DNA of 64,000 nt from Myxococcota bacterium (GTDB lineage: Bacteria; Myxococcota_A; UBA796; UBA2385): the NCBI GenBank assembly GCA_942491145.1, contig CALOBC010000015.1, forward strand, positions 52,707 through 116,706, in the 5' to 3' direction. The position numbers were made by a program, and so were the translations under genes. Of this stretch, positions 46,003 through 55,849 are shown in pieces. The notes below the pieces were generated by a model. That model was given only the letters and a program-made list of their open reading frames with translations, was not told the DNA's origin and did not search any database. Position 1 is the stretch's first letter, and every line of letters starts with the position of its first letter.

Positions 46003-46083
46003 TGTGGGACCATAGCGCACCGGGGGTGTCCCCTGGCGCGGGGCGCCGCTCGCCAGTCCGCCGGTGGGGCAGTAGGGGGCCTG

Positions 46084-46686
46084 ATGCCTCCCCGTCGACC
46101 CCCACGCGCCACCCACTCCGGCGCCGAGACCCGCGCCGCTATCCTCGATGCCGCGGACGCCCTGCTGCGGGCCCACGGTCCGGCCAAGGTGCGCCTCGAC
46201 GCCGTCGCTGCTGAAGTGGGCATCAGCCGACAAGCAGTGCTGCATCACTTTGGGTCCCGGGACGGCTTGATGCGGGCGGCGGTGGGACGGGCCTGGGCGG
46301 CGCTCTTTGCCGATCTCAAAGGCCTGGGCGATGGAGAGACCCCCTCGATCGGGGACGCCATCGAGCGCGTGGACGAGGCGGCCCGCTTGCGCGGCAATGC
46401 CCGCATTGGGGCGTGGTTGCTGCTCTCCGGATCCCAGCTCCCGCCGGAAGCCATCGTCGACCAGCTCGTCGACCTTCCGGGCCGGCTGGTGGCGGTGCCC
46501 GAGGGCAGTGTCGACGCGGAGGCCTCCGACAAAGAAGCCCGCTATGTGAGCCTCTTGATGGCGGCGGCCTTGTTCGGGGATGCCATCTTCGGCGGTCGCT
46601 TTCGGGAGGTCTTCGGGCTCGAGGATGGCGAGGCGGCCCGTGCCGACTTTCGACTGTGGCTGGGCGAGCGGCTGGCCCGGGTCTGA
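46084..46686 (+). CDS. TetR/AcrR-family transcriptional regulator
   Basis: N-terminal HTH (TRAAILDAADALLRAHGPAKVRLDAVAAEVGISRQAVLHHF). It is divergent from the esterase-like gene. Confidence 0.75.
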   Translation: MPPRRPPRATHSGAETRAAILDAADALLRAHGPAKVRLDAVAAEVGISRQAVLHHFGSRDGLMRAAVGRAWAALFADLKGLGDGETPSIGDAIERVDEAARLRGNARIGAWLLLSGSQLPPEAIVDQLVDLPGRLVAVPEGSVDAEASDKEARYVSLLMAAALFGDAIFGGRFREVFGLEDGEAARADFRLWLGERLARV

Positions 46687-46707
46687 CTCTGGTGATGTGG
46701 AGGACGG

Positions 46708-48171
46708 GTGAGACGCATGCTGTGGCTTTGGTTGGGGTTGGCGGCGTGCACCAATGTGCCCTCAGAGCCGCCAGCGCCGGTGGTCGAGAAGGCCCCCAAC
46801 ATCATCTTCATCAGCATGGACACGACCCGTGCGGATGCGTTGTCCTGCTACGCCGACACGAACCACTGGGGGCTGCCCATGCCGGCCGAAGCGCGGCCGA
46901 GTCCCCAGACGCCCGTGTTGGACGGCATTGCCGACAAGGGCGTGCGCTTTCGCTGGGCCTTGGCCCATGCGCCGACAACCTTGTCCAGCCACACGTCCAT
47001 GCTGTCGGGTCGGGACCCCCATCGACACGGGGTAGTGCGCAATGGCTATGCCGTGTCCGCCGATGTTCCCATGGTCACCGAGCGCCTCGCAACGGCGGGT
47101 CAGTACGACACCATCGCCGTGTTGGGGAGCAGCGCCCTCGAGCGCAAGATGCAGATGGACAGGGGCTTCCGGCGGTATGTTGACCCCGGTCCCCAGCCCC
47201 CGGGCGGCATGCTGATGCTGCCGGCCGATGAGGTGACCCGCCGGGCCCTCGCTGAGGTCGACCAGCGCCCGAGTGCCGATGCCCCCCTGTTTCTGTTCGT
47301 CCACTACTACGACCCCCACATGCCCTGGGTCTTTGCGCCCGAGGCCCTGCGCCAGCGCTTCGTCCCGGCCGGCTACACGGGCTTTGTCGACGGAACCATG
47401 GAGTCGGTGGGTCACTTGACGGCGGCCCGGCGCCAAGGTGTGTTGCGCTTTGGCGACGCCCGTGCGGCCCGGGGGCGCTACCTCGCCGAGGTGGCCTGGG
47501 TGGACCAGCAAGTCGGGGTGTTGTTGGCGGGGCTCGAGGCCCGGGGTGTGCTCGAAGACACGCTCATCATCGTCACGTCCGACCACGGCGAGACCCTCGA
47601 TGAGTCGGAGCGCCACCCCTACACCCACGGTCCCGAAGCCAGCCTCGTGGCCTTGCATGTGCCGCTGTTGATGGCCGGTCTCGGGCCCCGCTTTGCCCAG
47701 ATGCCCTCGGGCGTGGTCGTCGAGCGCCCCGTGCGCCTGATGGACCTCGCCTCGACGGTGTCCAGCGTGGCCGGCTTGGGCACCGTGCATGGCGATGGTG
47801 AGGACCTTCAGCCCATCTGGTCCGGCCGCACCAGTCCAGCTACCCAGCCGTCCTTTGCCGAAGCGACCAAGCCCATGAGCCAAGAGTCGACGACGGCGTG
47901 GAACAACCTGCCGATGGAACGCAGTGTCACTGTGGCCGGCCCTCAAGGCGCGCTGATGCTGCGGCTGCGACCATCCGAGGGGGGCCTCGCGAGCCTGCAC
48001 CACCTGGCACCCGGTGCTCCGGCGGCTTCAGACGTGCCGGATGCCAGAGCTCGGGCCACCGAGATGGTGGGTCTGCTGCGCCAGTGGGACCAAGCCAGCC
48101 CTCCGTTCCGGCCCGCCGAGTACGACAAAGAGACCGAGGCCGCGCTCAAGGCTCTGGGCTACCTCGACTGA
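46708..48171 (+). CDS. Sulfatase-family (alkaline-phosphatase superfamily) lipoprotein
   Basis: GTG at 46708 or ATG at 46717, with lipobox GLAAC. PNIIFISMDTTRAD and IVTSDHGE blocks are present. Confidence 0.65.
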   Translation: MRRMLWLWLGLAACTNVPSEPPAPVVEKAPNIIFISMDTTRADALSCYADTNHWGLPMPAEARPSPQTPVLDGIADKGVRFRWALAHAPTTLSSHTSMLSGRDPHRHGVVRNGYAVSADVPMVTERLATAGQYDTIAVLGSSALERKMQMDRGFRRYVDPGPQPPGGMLMLPADEVTRRALAEVDQRPSADAPLFLFVHYYDPHMPWVFAPEALRQRFVPAGYTGFVDGTMESVGHLTAARRQGVLRFGDARAARGRYLAEVAWVDQQVGVLLAGLEARGVLEDTLIIVTSDHGETLDESERHPYTHGPEASLVALHVPLLMAGLGPRFAQMPSGVVVERPVRLMDLASTVSSVAGLGTVHGDGEDLQPIWSGRTSPATQPSFAEATKPMSQESTTAWNNLPMERSVTVAGPQGALMLRLRPSEGGLASLHHLAPGAPAASDVPDARARATEMVGLLRQWDQASPPFRPAEYDKETEAALKALGYLD

Positions 48172-48276
48172 ACCCTTGGGTGGGCAACGGCGTGCTCCCC
48201 TTGTGGACGGGCTGCGGCAAGGGCCCCCCTGCAACCGACCGGAACCCGGTGTTCCTCGGTGGTTGCAGGCCAAGCC

Positions 48277-49227
48277 TCAGCTGCGCAGGACGTCTTCGAT
48301 GCGCTGGAGCACGTCGGGCGTGAGCTTCTCAATGACGTCCCCCGCCTTGAGGTTCTCGATCACCTGTGAGGGGCGGCTGGCGCCCGTGAGCACCGTACTG
48401 ACCGTGGTGGTGTCCCGCGCCGTCCACGCCAAGGCAAGCTGCGCCATGGTGCATCCCAGGTCGCCGGCCAGCTCGGTCAAGGTGCGCACCTTCTGCACCC
48501 GCTCCGGCGTGACCTCGGCCGCAAGCCACTTGTATTGGTCTTGGGCCAAGCGAGACCCATCCGGGATCCCTGCGTTGTACTTGCCGGTGAGAATGCCGCT
48601 CGCCAGGGGGCTCCAGACCGTCGTGCCCAGCCCCCGCTCATGGTACAAGGGGCGCAGCTCCGTCTCGACACGTTCGCGATGGAACATGTTGTATTGGGGC
48701 TGTTCCATCTGGGGACCGATCAGCTTGTGTTGGTCGCAGATACGAAACACCTTGTCGAGCTGCTCGGGCGACCACTCGCTTGTGCCCCAGTACAAAACCT
48801 TACCACTGCGGATGAGAATGTCCATTGCCAGGGCAGTCTCAAGCACCGGCGTCTCGGGATCCGGCCGGTGGCAGAAGTAGAGGTCGAGGTAGTCGATCCC
48901 CATTCGCCGCAGTGCGCCATTGCAGGCTTCGGTCACGTGTTTTCGGGAGAGGCCCCGGTCGTTCGGGCCGCTGCCGCCCCAGAACACCTTGCTGGAGATG
49001 ACCAAGCTCTCGCGGCGAAAGTCGGCGATGGTCTCGCCCACCATCTGCTCGGCCCGACCGCCAGCGTACGCTTCGGCGTTGTCGATGAAGTTGACACCGC
49101 CCTCAATTGCGGTCTGGAGGATCTTCTTGGCCTTCGCGGCGTCGACGTGGACCCCGAAGCTTGCCCAGGATCCGATCGAGAACTGCGAGACCCGAAGGCC
49201 GCTCGCGCCCAGCTTGTTGTATTGCAT
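48277..49227 (-). CDS. Aldo/keto reductase (Kv-beta-subunit-like)
   Basis: ATG at 49227. MQYNKLGASGLRVSQFSIGSW..., NFIDNAEAY, LDLYFCHRPD and GTSEWS are present. Confidence 0.85.
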   Translation of the reverse strand: MQYNKLGASGLRVSQFSIGSWASFGVHVDAAKAKKILQTAIEGGVNFIDNAEAYAGGRAEQMVGETIADFRRESLVISSKVFWGGSGPNDRGLSRKHVTEACNGALRRMGIDYLDLYFCHRPDPETPVLETALAMDILIRSGKVLYWGTSEWSPEQLDKVFRICDQHKLIGPQMEQPQYNMFHRERVETELRPLYHERGLGTTVWSPLASGILTGKYNAGIPDGSRLAQDQYKWLAAEVTPERVQKVRTLTELAGDLGCTMAQLALAWTARDTTTVSTVLTGASRPSQVIENLKAGDVIEKLTPDVLQRIEDVLRS

Positions 49228-49365
49228 CTTCGCTCCCCAGTGTGCGGGTCGAGTATCCCATTTGGCTTGGCGTTGGGCTGTGGGGGGGGGGGTAGGGGGA
49301 GACCGCGCCGGTGGGACCAGCGCAGGGCATCTGCGGGCCGGCAGCCGGTCCGTTAGGCTGGGCGG

Positions 49366-50718
49366 ATGCGTCTCTGGTTGTCGATTTCGGGAGTCCTTCT
49401 GAGTGTGCTCAGTGGGTGTGCTCAGCACGAAGTGCCTGGGCCTCCTGGAGTTTCTACTTTGGATCACTCGTCGGTCCCCAGCACCATCATCCTGGCGATT
49501 GGGTGCACCTTTCGCGCCGACCGCACCACGCCATATGGCCACACGGTCGACACGACGCCCTACCTGGCTCGGTTGGCCGATGAGGGCGTGTTGTTTGACC
49601 GAATGCTGGCGAACGCGGCCTGGACGCGCGCGGGGGTGGCTGCGCTGGTCTCCGGCTATTCGCCGGCCCGCTGGGGCATCGACGACACCGGCCGCAACAT
49701 CCACAATCGCGGCCTGCCAGACGATGTCGAGACCTTGGCGGAGCGCCTGTCCGCGGCGGGGTGGGCGACCGCAGGGGCCACCGGCAACCCAAACGTGAAC
49801 CCGGTCTTTGGTCTGCCCCAAGGCTTCGAATTCTACCAGGGCACCGACAAGCTCTTTCGCGACGGCCAGTCCCATGTGCCCGGGCCCGAGATGGTGGACC
49901 GGCTGATCGAGCAAGTCCAAGCTGCAGAAGCGGCCTCTCCGGGGGCGCCCGTCTTCGCTCAAGTTGTGTTCATCGATGCCCACGACCCCTGGGACCTGCG
50001 TCCACTCGAACAGCTTCGCCAAGGGCGACTGCCAGGCACCTCAGGCGCGGACCGCTACGACGCGTCGTTGGCTTCGCTGGATCAGGCCTTTGCCGAACTT
50101 GACCGAAGGCTCGTTGAGATTGGCCGTGGAGACCGCATTCTCATCGTGACAGGTGACCACGGGGAGGGGCTGCGGGTCCCGGAGTGGGCCGCCGGCGGCC
50201 ATGGCTTCACCCTGTATGAACCCCAGATCCACATTCCCCTCATCGTGCACGGACCGGGCGTGCCCGCGGGCCACCGTGTGGGCGGAATTGCCCAACAGCT
50301 CGATATTCTGCCCACGGTCCTGGGCCTCGCGGGGCTGCCCGCGGACCCCCAGTTGCCGGGCACCGACCTCGGGCCCGCGATTCGGGGTGAAGTGTCGGTG
50401 TCCCCGACCCCAGAGGTGCTCAGTGTGACCCGGGTCATGCGCACGGATCGCTGGCGGATCACCACGCCGGAGTGGACCGCGATCGAGGCCCTGCAACCGA
50501 AGAAGCTCAAGCACGGCCGGGTCGCCAATGAGCTGTTTCCGTCCTCAGACCGCATCCAACAGCACAACATTGCATCGGCCAACCCTTGGGTTGCATCTGC
50601 GCTGTGGAGCCGTGGTGCTGTGGCGTTTGACCACCTCAAGGCCACCGAGTCGGTGTCGCTGGTGGTCCCGTCGGATGTCGAGACGGAGCAGCTGCGGATG
50701 CTCGGCTACGTCGAGTAG
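49366..50718 (+). CDS. Sulfatase-family lipoprotein (paralog of 46708-48171)
   Basis: Lipobox VLSGC, VTGDHGE, and an overall block order parallel to the first copy. Confidence 0.6.
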   Translation: MRLWLSISGVLLSVLSGCAQHEVPGPPGVSTLDHSSVPSTIILAIGCTFRADRTTPYGHTVDTTPYLARLADEGVLFDRMLANAAWTRAGVAALVSGYSPARWGIDDTGRNIHNRGLPDDVETLAERLSAAGWATAGATGNPNVNPVFGLPQGFEFYQGTDKLFRDGQSHVPGPEMVDRLIEQVQAAEAASPGAPVFAQVVFIDAHDPWDLRPLEQLRQGRLPGTSGADRYDASLASLDQAFAELDRRLVEIGRGDRILIVTGDHGEGLRVPEWAAGGHGFTLYEPQIHIPLIVHGPGVPAGHRVGGIAQQLDILPTVLGLAGLPADPQLPGTDLGPAIRGEVSVSPTPEVLSVTRVMRTDRWRITTPEWTAIEALQPKKLKHGRVANELFPSSDRIQQHNIASANPWVASALWSRGAVAFDHLKATESVSLVVPSDVETEQLRMLGYVE

Positions 50719-50786
50719 GTCGTGGACGGCACACGAGGCCCCAGGCCCCCCCGCAGACATGCTGGAAGCCCTGGGGTGTTTGTGTT

Positions 50787-52364
50787 CTACTCGCAGACTT
50801 CGCCCTCGCCGGCGAACGCGAAGTCGTGTCCTTCGGCCGTGCCGGTCAAGCTGGCTGCGATCATGTTGCCGTCGAAGTTGCCGTTGTTGAAGCGCACGTC
50901 GGCGAAGGGTGCGAGCACGGTTCCCCGCATCCCGAAGGCTTCCATGCCCAGCCAACACGCATCCCAGAAGTTCCACAGCACGGTGGTGTCGTCGACGCCG
51001 CCCTCGAGCGAGATGTAGAAGTGGCCCGTGTTGATGATGCACTCATCGACATTGATGACAACCGTGGCGCCCGCGGGGGCGTCGATCGAGAGGTAGCTGG
51101 CGGCCACGAAGTCGCTGCCGCTGAGGGTGAAGATGTTGGCGTCTGGGTTTGTGCCCACCAGGCTGACCTCGGCCCATGGGCTCACGTCGGTGTCGCCGTT
51201 GGGGGCCAGGGCGGCCAGGGCGAGGGACAGGTCTTCGAGGGCGTCCTGCTCGGCCACAAAGTCGACGGGGCTGCCCTGGATGGGGGTGCCCCCGGTGACG
51301 TGCACATTCTCGGGAACACTGGCGCTTGTGCCGTAGTGGACCTCACCATGGACGGTCCCGGAGTCGAGGTTGGCCGCGGTTCCGGCGATGAGCACCGGGC
51401 CGCTGCCAATGGCCGAGCCCACGGAGAAGTACTGCATGTCGACCCGTCCGCCGGCGGCCACGCTGCCGAGCACGTCGAGCCCACCAGTGTAGTTCCCGAA
51501 CACAAACACATTGTGGTCCGCTGCCGCACCCAGGTCCAGATCGACGCATGCTTCGCACCCGTCCAGGTCCACTGTGATCTCTGCGGTGCCGGCGCCGGCC
51601 CAACCCACGCTGGTGCTGGTCGGCAACGAGGCCACCGACCACGTCATCCAACCCGATGCCCCGCGTTCTGCGTTGCGTCCGTTGGCACCGTCGCCCACCT
51701 GAAAGGCAATGCCGTCGTCGCTGAGGTTAATGTCCGCACCGACCCAGGCGCCGATCCCCTCCAAGCTCGCATTGTAGCAATCATAGTAGTACCACGTGCT
51801 GCTGTCGATGCTACCGCTTGGGGAGTAGGCCGTGTTGCGCAGGTCCTCGATGGGGCTGCCGCCGGGGGCGGTCATCGTGTGGTGGGTGAGCCAGACGATG
51901 GCGTCGAAGCCCCGGGTGGTGTCGCCGGCCGGGTAGAGGGTGCCGGTGAGGGTTGCGGTGCCATCGGAGTTCTCGACCAGCTGGGCGCCATCGGCGAACA
52001 CGAGCTCGTCGTGGATCCCCGGCAGCGAGAAGGCCACGGTCGTGGAGCTGGTGCTCAAGCCACTGTCGGGCACGGCCTCGTCGACGCAGGACTCGGCGTC
52101 CCGACAGCCCGCGTCCGCCTCGTCGATCTCGCCATCGCCGTCATTGTCGATGCCGTCGCACACCTCGGCAGTGGTGGACGGGGGCGCCACAGCGGTGTCA
52201 CCGTCTTCGGCACCCTCGGCGCGGTCTCGGCTGTCGGAGCGGTTGTTCCGGTCGCCGGCGTCCTTCTCCGACAGCGCGGTGGCGTCGTAGCAACCGTTGA
52301 GTGCGGAGAGACCGAGCAGGGCGACCAACAGCCGCGGGGAGGACACAGCGAAACGCAAAGACAT
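50787..52364 (-). CDS. Choice-of-anchor-A-domain lipoprotein with an N-terminal Cys/Asp motif
   Basis: ATG at 52364 and lipobox ALNGC. CDGIDNDGDGEIDEADAGC is present, and HNVFVFGNYTGGLDVLGSVAAGG is typical of choice-of-anchor A. Confidence 0.55.
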   Translation of the reverse strand: MSLRFAVSSPRLLVALLGLSALNGCYDATALSEKDAGDRNNRSDSRDRAEGAEDGDTAVAPPSTTAEVCDGIDNDGDGEIDEADAGCRDAESCVDEAVPDSGLSTSSTTVAFSLPGIHDELVFADGAQLVENSDGTATLTGTLYPAGDTTRGFDAIVWLTHHTMTAPGGSPIEDLRNTAYSPSGSIDSSTWYYYDCYNASLEGIGAWVGADINLSDDGIAFQVGDGANGRNAERGASGWMTWSVASLPTSTSVGWAGAGTAEITVDLDGCEACVDLDLGAAADHNVFVFGNYTGGLDVLGSVAAGGRVDMQYFSVGSAIGSGPVLIAGTAANLDSGTVHGEVHYGTSASVPENVHVTGGTPIQGSPVDFVAEQDALEDLSLALAALAPNGDTDVSPWAEVSLVGTNPDANIFTLSGSDFVAASYLSIDAPAGATVVINVDECIINTGHFYISLEGGVDDTTVLWNFWDACWLGMEAFGMRGTVLAPFADVRFNNGNFDGNMIAASLTGTAEGHDFAFAGEGEVCE

Positions 52365-52402
52365 GTGGGGAATCCAACGGGACTCACCGCCGCCCCCCAA
52401 CG

Positions 52403-53269
52403 CTACACCGGGCCTTCGCCGCTGTCTGCTGTGTCGTGTCTGAGAATGTCAGGCGATGCCACAGCCTGGGCCACGGAGTCGACCAAGATCCGGGGCTGAC
52501 CGAGCGCCACGCCCACCGCCGACAAGGCTGCGGGCACGCCCAAGGAGACCTGTGTGCGCACCGCCACCCACCCGTCCTGGATCGCCCACACGCTGAACTG
52601 AAACCGGGCGTTGCCCCCCTCAAATCCCTGGACTTGAACGACCGGCGGGGGCTGCTGGAGCACGTCCGGATCAGCCTCGCCAAGGCCAATCAGGGCGGCT
52701 CTGGCGGCCCGGAGATCCGCTTCTTGGGGAATCAGCAGCACAAGGTCGATCCGCCGTATCGGGAAGCCGGTGAGGTTGGTCAGCGGGGACTTGACCAGCA
52801 GCTCGTTGGGCACTCGGACCATGCGGTTGTCGAAGGTGCGCATCCGCACGCTCAACGGGTCGATGCTCAGCACCTCGCCGGAGAGGGTGCCCACCTCGAT
52901 GAAGTCGCCCACCTTGATGGCATTCTCGAGCATCAGGAACAGGCCCGAGATGAGGTTCGAGGTGGACGTCTGGGCCGCAAAGCCGATGGCCACTGTGGCG
53001 AACCCCGCGGCACCGAGCAGCACGCTCAGGTCGATGCCAATGATCTGGAGCGCCTCGGCGATGCCCAGGCCGATGATCCCCCACAGGCCGAACCGGCGGG
53101 CCATCAGCTCCCACCCGGGGCTGGCGAACCGCTGCACCACGCGGGCGAGCAGTCCCCCGATGAACCGGCCCAAGAAGATGCTGAGCACCAGCACCAGGAA
53201 GGCCGAGGCCACCGGCAGGGCCTTGTCGGGAATTGCGCTTGTGAGCTGGTTCAAGTCCATGAAGGTCAC
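52403..53269 (-). CDS. MscS-family mechanosensitive channel (small, about 3 TM)
   Basis: The ATG overlaps the upstream stop (ATGA). The beta-domain is IKVGDFIEVGTLSGEVLSIDPLSVRMRTFDNRMVRVPNE. Confidence 0.7.
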   Translation of the reverse strand: MTFMDLNQLTSAIPDKALPVASAFLVLVLSIFLGRFIGGLLARVVQRFASPGWELMARRFGLWGIIGLGIAEALQIIGIDLSVLLGAAGFATVAIGFAAQTSTSNLISGLFLMLENAIKVGDFIEVGTLSGEVLSIDPLSVRMRTFDNRMVRVPNELLVKSPLTNLTGFPIRRIDLVLLIPQEADLRAARAALIGLGEADPDVLQQPPPVVQVQGFEGGNARFQFSVWAIQDGWVAVRTQVSLGVPAALSAVGVALGQPRILVDSVAQAVASPDILRHDTADSGEGPV

Positions 53270-54075
53270 TGGCCGCGGGAGAAGAATGCGTTGAAGGCTT
53301 GCACCACCGCCGGGCCCCGCTCACGGTGGTCTCGGGGGGGCGACAGCTCGGTCCAGCTCGCCGGACAGGTGCCGATGTCCACGGCGGCGAATTCGTCCTT
53401 GTCGCGGGTGAAGACCACCGGCGGGGTGCGAAGCTGGCCTCGGTCGTCCTGCATCAGCGCGAGGTGGGGGATGGGGATGTTGAGACGAGAGACCGTGAGG
53501 GCGGTCGCGCCCCGGTTGATCACATCCACCGACACGAGCGCCCGGTGGGCGAGGGCAGCGAAGCGGTCAATCTCGAGCCGCATGGCCGTCCGGCTGGCGT
53601 AGCAGAGCACCCCGGATGTGGGGCCGCCGAACCACGTGTTGTGGGGCCGGACCACGGGCAGATCAACGGTCAGCTGGCGCTTCTGGCCGACGAGGGCTTG
53701 CACCCACACCGGGATCGAGACGTAGGCGCGGATGCTCTCGGCCGGCAGCACGTAGAAGGGCTCGTCGGGCGTCGCCACGAAGGAGCGGTCGCCCAGCCGG
53801 GGCGCGAGGTGCAAGGGATCGACCGTGGCCCCAAAGGCAAATCGTCGCCGCTCGACGCCCTCCGGCTCCACCATCTGGTCGCCGGGAATTCTGATGTCAA
53901 GGACATTGTCGAGCCATCGTCCGTCTCGCCACCATCGAAAGGTCCACTCCCAGGGGCGCCGCTCCACCAGCAGGTTCAGCGGCCCCACCCGCCAGCCCCG
54001 GCTCTCGCCCAGCGGAATCGAGGTGGGCCCCCACAGCGTGGGCGCTGCGGCCTCTGCCATCGTGACGTCAGACAT
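53266..54075 (-). CDS. Conserved-looking hypothetical soluble protein between two MscS genes
   Basis: A 269-aa ORF starting at ATG 54075 or 54060. It is translationally coupled to the downstream MscS gene. No family recognised. Confidence 0.45.
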   Translation of the reverse strand: MSDVTMAEAAAPTLWGPTSIPLGESRGWRVGPLNLLVERRPWEWTFRWWRDGRWLDNVLDIRIPGDQMVEPEGVERRRFAFGATVDPLHLAPRLGDRSFVATPDEPFYVLPAESIRAYVSIPVWVQALVGQKRQLTVDLPVVRPHNTWFGGPTSGVLCYASRTAMRLEIDRFAALAHRALVSVDVINRGATALTVSRLNIPIPHLALMQDDRGQLRTPPVVFTRDKDEFAAVDIGTCPASWTELSPPRDHRERGPAVVQAFNAFFSRGQ

Positions 54076-54943
54076 GGTCCACGACCGACACAGCGCCCTT
54101 CACATGCAGATCGCGCTGCGGGAAGGGGATCGTGATCTTGGCTGCGGCAAGCGCTTCCCAGATGTGCTGGTTGAGGCGGTCGCGCATGACGGGAAGGAGC
54201 CAAGGGTCTCCAATCCAGAGAAAGACATCAAAGATGAGTGCGCTGTCGCCAAATGCCTTGAACTGCACGACCGGATCCAGTTCTTCGAGGCGGTCTTCCA
54301 CCGCCCGAGCGGCCGCCATCAGCACTTCCCGTGCGTGGGCGGGCGGCGTGGCGTAGGCGACCCCCACTTCGGTCTTCAGGCGCACGGCCTTCGAGCGCAT
54401 GGTGAAGTTTCGCACGGTGGCTTGCACGAGGGCGGAGTTGGGCACAATGCGCCGGTCGCCATTGATGCTGATGACGATGGTGCTGCGGACGGCCATCTCT
54501 TCCACGCGCACGAGCTGGGCATCCACCTCGACCCCATCGCCAGGACGGATGCTCTGTTCCAACAACAGGATGATGCCGGAGACAAAGTTCTGGGCGATGC
54601 CCTGCAGCGCAAGGCCGATGCCGACCGCGAAGACGGCGCCGAACGTCAGCAGCGCGTCAAGCTGCACACCCACAGTCTGAAGCGCCACCACCAAGGCAAC
54701 CGCAACGATGGAGTAGTGCAGCAGCCGCATGACTGTGCCGACCGAACCCTCGTCCCCCACGCCCCTTGAGCGGGCAAAGCGCAGGAACGCCGCCTGACCC
54801 AGGGTGGACCCACGATGGGCCACGATGAGAATCATGAGCACGGTCATCACCGTCACCACGGACACCGGCGTGCCCGCGAGGGTGATCAAGGACGTGTTTA
54901 GCGCCGCCCAGATGATGCTGTAGATCTCGCGGATGGTGTCCAC
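54068..54943 (-). CDS. MscS-family mechanosensitive channel
   Basis: TM3-like GLALQGIAQNFVSGIILLLE is followed by IRPGDGVEVDAQLVRVEEMAVRSTIVISINGDRRIVPNS. Confidence 0.7.
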   Translation of the reverse strand: MDTIREIYSIIWAALNTSLITLAGTPVSVVTVMTVLMILIVAHRGSTLGQAAFLRFARSRGVGDEGSVGTVMRLLHYSIVAVALVVALQTVGVQLDALLTFGAVFAVGIGLALQGIAQNFVSGIILLLEQSIRPGDGVEVDAQLVRVEEMAVRSTIVISINGDRRIVPNSALVQATVRNFTMRSKAVRLKTEVGVAYATPPAHAREVLMAAARAVEDRLEELDPVVQFKAFGDSALIFDVFLWIGDPWLLPVMRDRLNQHIWEALAAAKITIPFPQRDLHVKGAVSVVDHV

Positions 54944-55012
54944 ACCGTCTCCTGGTGACTCGGCGAGCGGGCTGGACTATCGCGGTGACCGTGCCGGCAA
55001 TGTGACGTCTGC

Positions 55013-55849
55013 CTACAGCTCGGCGCATCCGAGAGCGGCGTAGTATCCGGTGTTCTCGCCATCCACCCAGCAGTCTCCGCTGGCGGGATCGGCCAGTACA
55101 TAGGTGATGTCGTCACGGAGGCCTTGGTGGAAAAGGGTCTGGCCATCGCCCACTTGGCTGAGGTCGGGGTAGACGCTCTCGATGGTCCCGCCGCCCGCCG
55201 CGATGCTGTGGCACACGTCATAGCCATAGTCATCAACGCCGCCGGGCTCCGGTCCGGCGATGCAGGTCTCGCCATACCACCCGCCACTGCCGGCCCCGGT
55301 CTCGGCCATGCCCAGCTCGTGGGACGCGGCGGTGCTGTTGACCACCCGGACAACAAGGCCTTCGCGGTCCCATGTGAAGCTCACGGCGACATCTGGATCG
55401 GCGCCGATGTCCTCGTCGATGTTGCCGTCGCAGTCGTTGTCCCGGCCATCGGCGATCTCCACGGCGCCCGGATGGGCCGTGTCGTCGTCATCGTCGCAGT
55501 CTGCGCCGTTGTCGGCATATGCCGCGGGCGCGGTGCACTGGACCACACTGTCCCCGCCCCACCCGTCTCCGTCTTCGTCCAGGTACCAGACCGTGCCGGC
55601 GCCGTTGTCCACAGCGCCGTCGCAGTCGTCATCCACGTCGTTGCAGTCCTCGATGGCCCCCGGGTGGATGGTGGGGTCGTCCGGTGCGCAGTCGTCGGCG
55701 CAGTACCCGTCACCATCGGGATCTGTGGCGAGGCTGCACAGCCCGGAGTCGGTCCCCCCGTCCCCGCCCCACGGCTGGGTGACCCCGGAGTCGGCGGTCT
55801 TGCCGCTCCCTGCGCACCCGGCCAGCATCAGCAACAGGACGTTCTTCAT
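55013..55849 (-). CDS. Lipoprotein with MopE-like Cys/Asp metal-binding motifs
   Basis: ATG at 55849 and lipobox MLAGC. DCAPDDPTIHPGAIEDCNDVDDDCDG and DCDDDDDTAHPGAVEIADGRDNDCDG are present. Confidence 0.5.
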   Translation of the reverse strand: MKNVLLLMLAGCAGSGKTADSGVTQPWGGDGGTDSGLCSLATDPDGDGYCADDCAPDDPTIHPGAIEDCNDVDDDCDGAVDNGAGTVWYLDEDGDGWGGDSVVQCTAPAAYADNGADCDDDDDTAHPGAVEIADGRDNDCDGNIDEDIGADPDVAVSFTWDREGLVVRVVNSTAASHELGMAETGAGSGGWYGETCIAGPEPGGVDDYGYDVCHSIAAGGGTIESVYPDLSQVGDGQTLFHQGLRDDITYVLADPASGDCWVDGENTGYYAALGCAEL

